A stretch of 64,000 bases of DNA from Chrysomallon squamiferum (GCA_012295275.1 CM022675.1:11160001-11224000), one strand, 5' to 3'. Positions 16,211 through 29,488 are shown, numbered from the stretch's first letter. A program made the numbers and translations. Notes: generated by a model not told the origin, from the sequence alone.

Positions 16211-16794
16211 CTTTTCTTCTTTCTGTTTTTTCCGTTACTATTCTGTTTCTTCTTTTTCATTTAAAGATTCAAAAACATTACTTGATCATAGAAATAAGAA
16301 TGTTTTTTCTTTAATCTTGAAAAAAAAAAAAAAAAAAAAAGGAAAGAAGAAAGAAGAAATGTACAAAAGGAATCAAAACACTACATAAGCGTTCACGTAG
16401 TCTTTGTAGAAAATTGAAGACAAAAAACATTTAAAAGAGCAAATTTAGGAATCGTGTTTAAAAGTCTTTACACTCGTGCTGGGTTTAAATTTATTTGTCA
16501 GTCAATTGTTGTTTTCCCTTTGTTATTTTTACCATTTGAAACGGAACAAAAAATATATATATATACATTTAACTCGGGTTCTGTTTGAAAAAAAGTTAAA
16601 ATGATAAACTTCAAAGTTTAAATATACCAAAAAAGTATTAAAAGAAGAAAGGAAATTACAATAAGAAAGACTTGATCCGAAATCGCGCCAAAATTCATTA
16701 CTTTTTTTTTTTTTTCTCTCTCTCTCTCTCCAAAAGATTATTATTAAGATGGGAATTTTCTTTAAGAAGATGAAACAAGTAACTTCATTCTGCA

Positions 16795-17225
16795 TTTCAA
16801 ACGACTGAAAAGTTCTAAAAATCCTTTATTAAGAAGTCGCGTCTGATTTACGACATCGAAATGAGGGACCAGTTTCACTTGCGGCAGTCAGCCGACCAAT
16901 GGGCTGCGAGCGCGCCCATTAGCCGTTTGGCAGACGACAACTTCACGCGCAGCTGACGTAATTAAATATCCTCCCAGGTGAGTATTCCGTCAGGCTGGCC
17001 GTTGACAAACGACTTAAGTCATTCCTAAATCTTTAAATTTGACTTGAGAACAAACTTCATTTCGTAAGATAGGCGAGGTCCTGGCAGTTAACGTCGAACC
17101 GCAGATGGTACCGAGGCCTGTAACGAAATATCGAACAAGGGTGCGAAACATTTCTCTCCTCTCTCTCTCTCTCTCTCTCTGTCTCGCGCGAAAACCGAAA
17201 CCTGTTTCAGTGTGATTAGGAATCC
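16795..17225. promoter_or_regulatory. GC/CpG-rich island (promoter- or enhancer-like)
   Basis: TGATTTACGAC 16844-16854, GACCAATGGG 16894-16903, TGACGTAA 16954-16961, CAG|GTGAGT 16975-16983, E2F-type GCGCGAAA 17186-17193. Confidence 0.5.
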
Positions 17226-17739
17226 AGATGTTCTCTTGTTTTTATTTTGTTTTTTTTTTGTGTTTTTTTTTTCCCCGTTTCTAAGTCATTTTGTTATCAC
17301 TTTTGTTATTTGTTTTTGTTTTTTTCTTGTCTTTCATCGTTTATCTTTTTTTTTTTTTTTTTTTTTTTTTCTTTACTTTATATTTTTTCTTTTTCTTTTT
17401 TAGATACTTCAAGGATTTGTTTTTTCAAAGTTTGGTGTTTTCGTGTTGTTGTTTTTTTTCCTTCTATAATTTCAGTTTTGGCTTGTTTTTTTCTGGTTTT
17501 TATTTTTTTTTTTTTTTTTTTTTGCTAACTTTGATCGGAAATTTTAATTACATAGAAAGATGAATGACTGAATGGATAAATGCACACATTTCATAATTTA
17601 TTAAATTAAATTTATGTTCCTTATTAGTTATTAAGTATTTGCACCTCAAATATTTGCAAATATGTGAGTGTTTCACAGTACAATGTCAAAAACAAGAAAT
17701 AATAATAATCATAATCATGATGTTAATAATAATAATAAC

Positions 17740-17779
<40 letters not shown>

Positions 17780-17829
17780 GTTACCGACAATATTTCAGAC
17801 ATTAAATGAAGGGAAAAAAACGACATAAC

Positions 17830-17860
<31 letters not shown>

Positions 17861-17874
17861 TGTAGTAAAACGAA

Positions 17875-18380
17875 ACTTATCCCTCAATCAGCAAGTTTAC
17901 AAAACTGCCACTGACATCCCCCACGTGACCCACGCCCCGGGGGTCCTTCCGGACACCGCCGAGAGAGAGAGGAGAGGAGGGAGGGCCAGCCAGCCAGCCT
18001 CTTCTTGAACGCGAGAGGTATGCGCGCGCATCCTCAGACCGCAGTAGGCAGCTGTTAGCTGGCCCGGCCACTTGAGCAGTTTTATGATTGTATACGGTAC
18101 GGAGTGACATTTTTATTCCTTTCAAAGCCAGCACTCGGGAGTGGAGACTCTTGTGTTTGAGCAAAGGGCCAGATATCCAAGTAAGGGTGGTTTAAATCAC
18201 GACCGGTTTGACGGTTTTACTGCTTCGTGTGATCATTTGGACGCAAACTATGTAGAACGTTATCTTCAAGGTCATGGCAAGTTCCTTTTCTCTTTCTCAG
18301 AATTTCTCAGATATTAAAATCAGACCTCGGTATCAGTTTGGACTTCCTTTTATTATTTCGCCCCCCCACCCCACCCGCAA
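17875..18380. promoter_or_regulatory. One of the most GC-rich islands in the window
   Basis: CCACGTGACC 17921-17930, many CpGs, TCAAGGTCA 18266-18274, donor-like GAG|GTATGC and CAA|GTAAGG. Confidence 0.5.
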
Positions 18381-18515
18381 AAAACTTTTTAATTTTTTTT
18401 TTATTTTCATTTTTATTTTTTTTTTTTTTATGTTTTCAGTTCATTTTATTACATTTTGAAAATAAAACTCTGACTTTCAAAGCTTCCCTTGTCCCTCTCC
18501 AACTTTCTTAAAATA

Positions 18516-18592
18516 TATACATTGCGTGCGTGTGTGCGTGTGTGCGTGTGTGTGTATAAAAGGAGAAAAAAGCAAAATGTATAAAATATATA
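18516..18592 (+). repeat. Short direct repeat, copy 1 (copy 2 at 19227-19289)
   Basis: Both copies read TATACATTG..GTGTATAAAAGGAGA(A/T)AAAAGCAAAATGTATAAAATATATA. Confidence 0.85.
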
Positions 18593-18598
18593 CAGATA

Positions 18599-18673
<75 letters not shown>

Positions 18674-19226
18674 TCTCTACCTCTTTTTCTCTATATGTTA
18701 ATCTAGAATAAAACACAGCACAGCGCAAAGACATACAAAACATACACACATACATTTAATATGTAATTTAGGTCGTATAACTTGTCGCAGAAATGTGTGA
18801 AATGGAGAGATAAAATTACCGTAGAACTCAAGCAATAAATTCGTTAAAATATAATCACCATAATAAAGATAAGTAAATTATCAATTAGACAAATACGTAA
18901 GAAAAATAAATAAATAAATAAATACAAAATAACAATAAAAGTATATATATAAATCACAATAACAACATATAAATGAATGAACGAATGAATAAATTAATTA
19001 ATTAAAACTGTGAAAATGTGAAAAACAATCGCATATAGGTATTTTATTAATTTAGAGCAAAATATTAAAAAAAAGTTTTATTCAGAAGGATTATGCGTAT
19101 GTTTTGTTAATTTCTTTAAGAAAAGAAAATTGGTAAAAAGGTCAAAGTTAACAAGAAGCAATAAAGTATAAATAATTATATAAATTAATAAAGACATTTT
19201 TAAAATTTAGAAATTGATTATTGTTT

Positions 19227-19279
19227 TATACATTGTGTGCGTGTGTGCGTGTATAAAAGGAGATAAAAGCAAAATGTAT

Positions 19280-19289
<10 letters not shown>
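19227..19289 (+). repeat. Short direct repeat, copy 2
   Basis: Copy of 18516-18592 with a shorter internal GT/GC tract. Confidence 0.85.
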
Positions 19290-19314
<25 letters not shown>

Positions 19315-19690
19315 TGAGAAAATAAATGCTTAAGAATTAATTTGTTTTATTAATTTACTGAGTTATTTATTTATTCATTCATTTATTCAGTTATTCATTC
19401 ATTCTGTCTCTTTACCGATTCACTGATTTATTTATTTTATTTTATTTTATTTTGTTTTGTTTTAATTTATTTCAGAACATGCTGAAAACAGTTTTAAGAT
19501 TGAAACTATTTATATTTTTTTCTTCTAAATTTGTTCAGTTATATTGTCTCTCTTATTTGTTTTTGGTTTTGTTTTATTTCGTTTTAAATAATGCTATTTA
19601 GCTTAAGTTAAGATTTAATATCTTGTTCAGTAAATAAAATGATATTCATTTGTTTATTAATTCATTTACTGGATGGTTTTATTCCAGATA

Positions 19691-19877
19691 TTATGATATT
19701 ATGTTATATTATATTATATTATATTATATTATATTATGTTATATTATATTATATTATATTATATTATATTATTATATTATATTATATTATATTATATTAT
19801 GTTATATTATGTTATATTATGTTATATTATATTACATTATATTATATTATACAATATTATATTATATTATATTATAT
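19691..19877. repeat. (ATATT)n pentanucleotide microsatellite
   Basis: ATATT/ATGTT units; source of the YYIIL ORFs. Confidence 0.93.
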
Positions 19878-20049
19878 TCATTAGTTCATTTGTTAAATAC
19901 AGTCAATATTTTATTTATTTACTACAACTTTTAACTACATTATTACAAAAATATTTTATAATGATTTATTTATTTTTTTAATTTTTAATGTAACTAACGA
20001 ATTGCCTTAAATAATAAATAATACCATCGTTGTTCTTTGGATGATCTAA

Positions 20050-20172
<123 letters not shown>

Positions 20173-20506
20173 CCTCAACAACAGTAAAGAATATTTTACA
20201 AATGGGAATTTGTATGATTATTTATTTAAACGTACGAATGCCTTAGATATAAATAATAAATTAAAAGTTTCTGATTCATTTTAAAATTTAATTTGAATTT
20301 GTAAAATATACACACAGACATACAGACACACCCGCACACACAGACACACACACAGATAATTTTATATATATTTAAATAATTATTCAGTTTATATTCATTC
20401 ATATTTATTTATTTATTTATAATTGTTTTCGTTTGTAAATAACATACGTGAATATTAATAATATCTATGAGGACAGAAGTTCAAAAATAAATGTAACACA
20501 AAATAA

Positions 20507-20600
<94 letters not shown>

Positions 20601-21353
20601 GAACGAAAGAAAACAACAAGAATTTTATTTTAATAATTATTGTTACTTAAACTAATTTGATTTTATGTAGTGTATAATTTATAGGTTCAAGAAAATATTT
20701 AATATTATTATTATTCTTTTAATGATAAACAGTTGTATTTAAAATATAATTTAAGCACTCTTTATTTATTTGTTTGTTTGTTTGTTTGTTTGTTTGTTTA
20801 TTTATTTATTTATTTATATATTTATTTATTTATATGTGTCTTTGCTTATTTATTTATTTGCATCAGTTTATATGTTTGCTTTCTGAAAAAACTATTTACT
20901 TCAGCTGTAAAAACCTTTTTTCACTATTTATTTATTTTTTATTTTCTCTCTTTCATAATTTCTTTATATCCTTATTTGTTTTTCTTGAATTTTATCCATC
21001 CGTGCACACGTTATATAAAAATCTGTCAATTTCGAGTTACAAGAGAGTAAGATTAAGTTTAAAACAACTTCATATTAGTGATTGAAAAACACGTTCTCAA
21101 ATGTTAACTGTAATATCAGTTTTTCTACCTTTTCAAAGAATTATAATATAGTTAGGAGACAGCCCTATTTAAATAGCAAAATATTTCATCCATGTAATAA
21201 TAATTATAATAATAATAATAATACTTGAATAATAAGAAGATTAAGATGATGATGAAAAAGAACAACAAAAATAACAAAATCTACAACAGGCCCAACGGCA
21301 ACAACAACAACAAAAAAAAGAAAAAGAATTACAATAACAATAATAATGATACC

Positions 21354-21410
<57 letters not shown>

Positions 21411-21482
21411 TAATTGAAGAAGAAGAAGATGATTATCATGATGAAGAAAAATAAGAACAACTGTCAAAATCAACAACAAGGG

Positions 21483-21545
21483 CAACGGCAGCAACAACAA
21501 CAACAGAAAATAAAATAAAATACAATAAAATAAAATAGAATAAAA

Positions 21546-21576
<31 letters not shown>

Positions 21577-21785
21577 ATGATAATAATAAACATAAACGAA
21601 AGGTAAAATTAACAAACGTTTGTGTATATTTTTTTAGTTTCGACTATAAATAACTTTAACCGATCGATTGGTCGCCTATATTTATCTTGGTGGAATAATA
21701 TCGATAATTGTCCGATATCAATAATTTATTTGTGTTTATTATTGGTACAGCTGCCACACACAATGCTATAGGATTACAATTAAGT
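21483..21785 (+). repeat. Dispersed repeat or duplication, copy A (inverted copy at 35816-36069)
   Basis: Core 21593-21785 aligns with the reverse complement of 35816-36005, including a 42-bp exact match (21632-21673 vs 35926-35967). A further 21-bp exact match lies at 21483-21503 vs 36049-36069. Confidence 0.92.
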
Positions 21786-22064
21786 AAAGATAATCCAAGG
21801 TGATAATGCATACAAGCATACATACACACGTAAATAAAAAGTAAAACAAACAAACAAGCGATAAATAAATAAATAAATAATGAAACAATAAATAAGTAAA
21901 AGGAAAATTAACATTACACTGAGGAATCAATAAACGAACAAATGAATCAAGGAAAAATGAAGAAAGAAAGGGAGGAAATGAATAAAAAGAATAGGACTTT
22001 TTTGATAGAATGTAAATGAAACTGAAAACTAGTTATTAAAAACGTTTTACTAAATATGTATATA

Positions 22065-22120
<56 letters not shown>

Positions 22121-22637
22121 TCGAATAGGATGAAAATGCTAGATAAAATATAATTAAAACCTTGATATCATTTTACAAAATACTGAACATTGATATATGT
22201 TTATTTATTTATTTATTTATTTATTTACCTATTTATTTTTAATTTATTTATTTCGATTAATTATTCTCTCTTCAATGCTTTATGCAAAAATTTTCCAGTT
22301 AATATAACCACAATAACGGCATCATCATCAACAATAATAATAATAATAATAATTTGTATTACTGTCTTTCATCTTAATTTTTAAACTGATTTATTTTCCT
22401 TCTTACATTAACTCAGTCTTTTACACTGTCACTTTCATAACAAAAGCATAAGGAAAATAATAAAAAAAAAAAAACGGTTATATTTACACAAGAAACGTGG
22501 TAGGCTGGATGTTCTGGGAAAATAGATCGATGGTTGCCTAGCACAATAGAACGTTTCTTATTTGATAACGTATTTGTATTAAGTCGATTGACAATCGGTA
22601 ATACATTCAGATAACAGAGAATGAGTGAAGAAGAGAC

Positions 22638-22717
<80 letters not shown>

Positions 22718-22739
22718 AAATCTAGTAATATTTCCATAT

Positions 22740-23170
22740 ACACCCACAACGTATTTTCCCTAGTTGTCCGCAATCTTGTCTTGACCCGCGGAATGTCAAC
22801 AGACTGACTTGTTTCGCACAACGCAGGTTACGTAGTCGCCGAGGAGGAAACCGTTCACGCGCGTGCGACGCTAACAAACGAGCTCTTGCCGCCATCGCTG
22901 TTCCGTTGTCGTCGGTGACAATGGAGAAGTTGGCGACGAAAGCCGAATCGGAAGTCGGACAAAGCTGAGACATGTTGTACCACTTACCGTCTGCTAGTTT
23001 TTTTCCATTTGTCAATTTCAGCTCCTTTTCGCGCCTCGTGTTGGTTTTCTGCTTCGCTCGTCCAGCGGTACGTTTTTTTTTTTTTTTTTTTTTTTTTTTT
23101 TGTTATAAGCCAGCATCACCTCTCCAATCCTGGGTGAATGAGTACACTCCTGAAAGAATGATGATAACGA
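22740..23170. promoter_or_regulatory. GC/CpG-rich island
   Basis: Very CpG dense; TTTCGCGC 23027-23034; preceded by (AG)n 22641-22713 and interrupted by a T run; ORFs unrecognisable. Confidence 0.45.
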
Positions 23171-23339
23171 TTTTTGATTTCACGATTTATAAATACATTT
23201 TTAAAAATTATGTATATATATATATAATAATATATTATAATTATATATATAATAATAATAAATAAATAAATAAAATAAAATAAAAAATAATAAATATATA
23301 AAAGGTGTAAATGACGTTCAATCAATGTGCCATTTATTT

Positions 23340-23620
23340 TCTTACTCGCGATGAAAAACAAGGTTAATTTGTTTCCTCGTGCGCACCATGACATGCGTCA
23401 CGTGACCAGCTCCGCGGCCAATCGCAGGCAAGCCCTGCCATACTGCGCCTAAATCAAAACGATAAAAATACATGTCGCCTTTAGGTATATGAAACGCGAA
23501 TGCCAAGGTGATTATTTGCTTTTGACACGCTGTTTCGTTCTCATTAATCCGACTGAAATATCCGCTGAACATTCTCTCAAAGAGCATGGATTTGACACTA
23601 CAAACAGACTGGCGATTTAT
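23340..23620. promoter_or_regulatory. Promoter-like island (E-box plus CCAAT)
   Basis: GCGTCACGTGACC 23395-23407 followed closely by GGCCAATCGC 23416-23425. Confidence 0.5.
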
Positions 23621-23946
23621 TAGCTTATTAAGAAGTATCTTACATTTGATTTGTTACGTTTTAAGCAGTTGAAGAAAGTTAATGTGTTTTTTTTATTTTT
23701 TTATTTTTTTTTTTCGTATTTAATATATTCCATCTGCGTATTTTAGATTATTTTTTTTTTTTTTTATTTTATATATATATATATATTTTTTTTTATTTAC
23801 TTTCAGGTTTTTATTTATTTATTTTTTTTTTTTTTTTATAAGTGTGCATTATTTTGTTTTATTATATTATTTTTATATTCTTCTTTTTAAAAAAAAATAT
23901 ATTTTGTTTTATCTTTGTGATCTTTGTCTCTTTATTTAAATACGTT

Positions 23947-23997
<51 letters not shown>

Positions 23998-24066
23998 TTT
24001 GTTTATTTATTTCTTCTGGGCTTTTGCCTGCTTGGTAAAACAAATATAATAATAATAATAATAATG

Positions 24067-24174
<108 letters not shown>

Positions 24175-24597
24175 ATTTTTCTTTTTCTTTATTATTTTCT
24201 TTATTTAAAAAAAATAAAAAAAAAAAAAAAAAAAATTTCCTTTCCTCTTTATATTTATTTATTTACTTTTAAACATTTTCTTTCCTCAAAGCCTTAAAAA
24301 AAAAAAAAAAGAAGAAGAAGAAGAAGAAATATTACATTCTTTCCGACGACAACTACATGTGTGTTCTCTACCCCAACTCAATATTATTAGAGATGAAGAT
24401 AACATTATAACTCGATATACACAATTACACAGTGGGACAACCGACAACAACAATGGAGGGATTGGCAAATTACTATTCCTGGACGTATCACCGCCACGAA
24501 CATCATCAAACACGACACAGCAATACGTCGAATTACCTCGCTGTTTGTGTGCTCAACCACAACGACGACAACAGTAGTATCTTTTTTTTTTCATTAT

Positions 24598-24637
<40 letters not shown>

Positions 24638-24799
24638 CAGAGTCAGATCATGATACCTTTCAAAAGATGGATAATGGGATGTCTAGATAGTAATCAGAAA
24701 CCTCGACTGGGAGTTTGAAATCAAGGGGTCGGTTTTGTTACTAAGACATGGTTATATGTGTTCCAGGTGGGAGGGAGGGGGGGAAAGAGTTAATTTAAA

Positions 24800-24846
<47 letters not shown>

Positions 24847-25300
24847 AGAGATGGGATACCTTGTGTTGTTACGGCAATTATATGGTAACTATATAACATT
24901 AACGTCGACGGATAAATAGAGAACTGTGTTTACAGCGCTGGCAAAGCTAATTATAAAGTCGAAACATGAACAAGAGAGAGAGATAAAACTCACAGAAAAT
25001 TACACATTGCCAAGGCCTGTAGTTTGTAATGGTGAAAAAAAAAAAAAAAAAAAAAAAAAAATGGAATAAAAAATATGAAGATATAAAAAAAAAAATGGGT
25101 TGTGTGCAAATAAAACAGGCGAAAAGAAAAATGAAAATATTCACATACATTTAATCATAAGAATTTGTAACCAAATAATGTTTGTGCGTCTGCATATTCA
25201 TTAATCTGTCTATTTATCTATATTCATAACAATGAAAACATATTTAGAACGAATAATTTTAAAATAAGAACAGCAAGAGCAAAATAACAACAACAATATG

Positions 25301-25343
<43 letters not shown>

Positions 25344-25749
25344 TGAAGAAGAAAAAAAAGAAGAAGAAGAAGATGATGATGGTCATGATGATAACAATAA
25401 CGACAAGACAGATTAGCTGTGGTAGTAGTAGTTGTTACTGTTCTTTCGTAATAGTTGCGGCAGCAGTAGTAGCAGCAATAGTGGTTAAAACAGCAACAGT
25501 AATAGCAGTAGCTGTTGTGGTAGTTGCTTTAGTGATACGCATGTAACCGAGCAGAAGCTGATACGTCAGAAACAAACAAATAAATAAAGGAGGTAAAAAT
25601 GTCACAGCAAAAAAAACCCCTCTCAGTCCTTCTTCACTTCCACACCCTCAAAACAAAAATACAACAAAAAAAAAAACCAAAAGACGTAAAAGAAAAGAAC
25701 AGAAAAAGAAAAGTTATGAAGTCAAAAGCATAATTGATTCATACATCAA

Positions 25750-26051
25750 TACACGCGCTATTTGAAACTGTCGAAGAATTTAATTTTACTTCTCTCTCTC
25801 CGCTCACCCTGTCGCCAGCGATTTGTCCAAGAGCTATCCAGTTCAAACAGAACGGCGATATTGCTGAGAAAGATAAGCGCCTTTGATGTTGCATTTACGG
25901 CAGTTTTATCATTGTTTATAGTGGTGTGAGGCGGTGTGAGCCGCCCCGTACCCACTGCACCCGACAATCGATGGTAAATCAAACATGGGCTCCTCTTGTA
26001 CACTGGGAGTCGTGAGAGAGCACGGCTTGTTCCAGCCTCTTTTTTCTTAGA

Positions 26052-26055
<4 letters not shown>
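25750..26055. promoter_or_regulatory. Enhancer-like island
   Basis: AGATAAG 25871, CCTTTGATG 25880-25888, GGTGTGAG twice at 25923 and 25933, GGTAAATCAA 25973-25982. Confidence 0.45.
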
Positions 26056-26108
<53 letters not shown>

Positions 26109-27651
26109 CCCTCCCTCTCTCTTTTTTCATTTTCTTCTATTCTTTCTTATGTATTCGTCTTTACGTCTATTTTTTTTCTCTCCTTTTCTTTCTAACTTAC
26201 TGTTTTTCCTTTAATTTCTCTTTTTTTCTTCTTTTTTCTTTTTTCCTTATTTCATAAACCTTTAATATTTTTTTCTTCTTTACTTCTTTCATCGCATTTT
26301 CTTTCTTTTTTTTTTTTTTTTTTTTTTTTTTGCTTTAAATCATATTTTTTTTTCTATCTTTCTTTAAACAAAATTTATGTCTTTGCCATCAGCTAATGGA
26401 GAAAACTCTTAATAAAAATTTCCTGTTGTTTTTATCTCTTAATTCGTTATTTAACAGTAGAGTTCACATACTACAGCAAAACTGTTTCAATGCTAACAAA
26501 AAACAGTGCAACAAAAATTTGTAAATTTACATCAATCACCCTCTTGAAATTTACGAAATTAAAAATTGCTTATAATCTTTCTTGTATTTAAACACTTAAA
26601 CAGTTAAACACTTAAGATCTGCTGAATATTAATCACAAATTAATCCCATCTTATTTCAACGAACCTTGCAATGTTTTACAAATGTCAATATTAGTTTTAA
26701 AAAGGAGAGTTTGTCGTGATATATACGTCACGGATGTATTTGGAAAGGAGCTCAGAGAGGAGACAGACTCCTACGTCCCCTAGAAAGGAAGCTAGGAGCC
26801 GATATGAGGACGAGATCCGATTATCTGTCGTCACTAACCAGAATGACTTAATCACATAATCACCGTAATAAAACAGTTAAACGAAAATGAAGCGCCTACA
26901 TACACGTAAAGTATATATGCAAAATGACACCTGGTTTCATCTCTCCATAAATTATTAACTATCTCACTGAATAATGCAGAATATAACAAAATCGATCATG
27001 GTCATTTTAGTTTTAACTGTTCAGTTAAAAAACGTTTTTCAAGCAATATATACACACCATACAAATAACATTCAAAACAGAATAAAACAACAGCAGCGAA
27101 ACAGACATCGAATAAAACAAATTTCGATATAAATAGGCATAAAAATCATTTTCATATATTCTAGTTATATTCTGTGAGTTTCATTTTTTTATTATTTTTG
27201 AATAATTATATTTATATTTTATTCACAAAAGATACAAATTACTTTATTTAATTTATTGCATTTTAAGCTTTGCATATGAGAATATACGTTCAGTATTTTG
27301 GCAAGTTTCCAAATTTTTTTTTTTTTGACATATTTTACCCATTAAATAATATTATTCAACAATTTTATACTTTATGTGTTATTTTATGACACAAAAGCCT
27401 ATATAAAATAATAAAACGAAAGCCTCTCTCTATATAAAATAATAAAACGAAAACCGAATACATTGGGTTTTTTTAATACTCTCTCTCTCTCTCTCTCTCT
27501 CACTAATAAGTGTGTGTACGTGACCGTGTCTACGACAGGGGAAACGCCCAGCCTGCTTCACTGATAAACCATAGAGACGCATGCGCATTACATTACACAA
27601 TTACTATAATTTATTTCATAAATTAAACTGAAACTGATACCAGTAAAATAA

Positions 27652-27775
<124 letters not shown>

Positions 27776-27854
27776 CTGTTTAAGAAATGTGAACATAGTT
27801 ACTGCTGCTATAACTACTAGCACTACTGTCAAAATAGCAAAGCATATAAGGCAA

Positions 27855-27892
<38 letters not shown>

Positions 27893-27911
27893 ATAATAAT
27901 AATAATAATAA

Positions 27912-27942
<31 letters not shown>

Positions 27943-28695
27943 AAGAGAAACAAGAAGAACAACAACAACAAGAATGGTGATATTAATCATGAGGATATGA
28001 TGACGATAACTAAATAAAATTTAAAAATAAAGAACAGAATCAATAAAAAAAAAAAAGTGAACTAATACACTAATGTTAAAAATAAGAACTGAAATATCCA
28101 CTATTCTTAGTGAAAACAAACGAATAATCATATAAAATCACAAAGAATTTAAAAGAAAAGAAAACTTTGGTGTGAAATACATACATTTCGAACAAACGGA
28201 TAAAACGTAAAATTCAAAATGGCGGATGATCGAACTTGTGTGTGTCTGCTTGTCAAGCTCCTCGTCAGAAATGGAGAAACAATAACCCGCTATTTAACTA
28301 TATTTGATGAAGGTTGCTGTGTCAGGGGAGAAACGCATGTTATAAACATGATTTACAAATAATTATTCAGAATAGTTAAGGGCCATTTCGAGAAAAAAAA
28401 ATTTACAACCATTCGCCATAAACTATGGGAGCAAACAGTCAACTTTGGAGTGGGACATTTAAGATCGAGAGGGACCGCATGACCGTTCATAGCTATCTTT
28501 TTATATTAACTGAGTAACTTTATACATATCTAGTCCTCAGCTAACTAAATTATAATGAATTATTTCCGTGTTAATGGCAAAAAAAAAAAAAAAAAAAAAA
28601 AAAAGAAAAGACCGAAAGATTTCTTAATAACGTATTGTTTCGAGTGTTAAATAAAACATGTATTGTAATATAGGTAATACTGCGTTTCAACTCAC

Positions 28696-28757
28696 CTGTG
28701 CTGTTAGATGAGATTGTAAACGTGTAGTATTTGTTATGTCATAAATCTGCCACGTGT
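28696..28757 (-). other. Candidate 62-nt exon on the minus strand (may be a pseudo-exon)
   Basis: On the - strand a T14-CACTCAG acceptor and a consensus CAG|GTGAGT donor; one frame is open (TWQIYDITNTTRLQSHLTAQ). Confidence 0.2.
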
Positions 28758-29182
28758 CTGAGTGAAAAAAAAAAAAAATCAATAAAAACAAAAGTTTGAA
28801 CATGATACGAGTGTAATATATTACATCGAGAAGGGCGAGAGCTGAAATATATTAAAACACTCGAGTTCGAAATATGTATATATATATATATATAAAAAAA
28901 GTAATAATAATACAATATAATAATAATAATAAAGAAACCCCACCCCATCAAAACAACAGTTTATTTGAGTTATGTATTAATAAGATTTCTGTTAACAGAA
29001 ATTCAAAGTGTTTCTCATTTTAATTTCAAAATGAAGTACAAATATGTATGTGTTGGAGTATTTCTACTTTCAACTCATATTACTACTACTGAAAGATTGT
29101 GGTATGTGTTATCCTGCCAGTGGGGATGAACTAAACCAAATAGTCCTTACTTCCGATCTCTCTCTGTCATTCCTTCTGTGTA

Positions 29183-29278
<96 letters not shown>

Positions 29279-29488
29279 ACACAACATAAAAATAACATTC
29301 AAAACAGAATAAAACAAAATGTATATACATGCATAAAGTCTTAAAACTATGAATTTAAAAGGTATGTTACATAAAACATTTGTTTCTTTATTCAAGATAT
29401 ATGAGCCAAAATCTTTATTCATGTTTATGAAATTTAATTTTTTGTTGGAAAAAGATGTTGACAGAATATGATAAAATATATATATATA

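Noticed and set aside
17099-17112. CTCF-like words (17099, 3860)
   Set aside because: Several mismatches at core positions.
28696-28757. Resemblance of TWQIYDIT to the W-x-x-FDVT motif of TGF-beta prodomains
   Set aside because: Only a few residues match, the following AV..W pattern is absent, and no other exons are visible.
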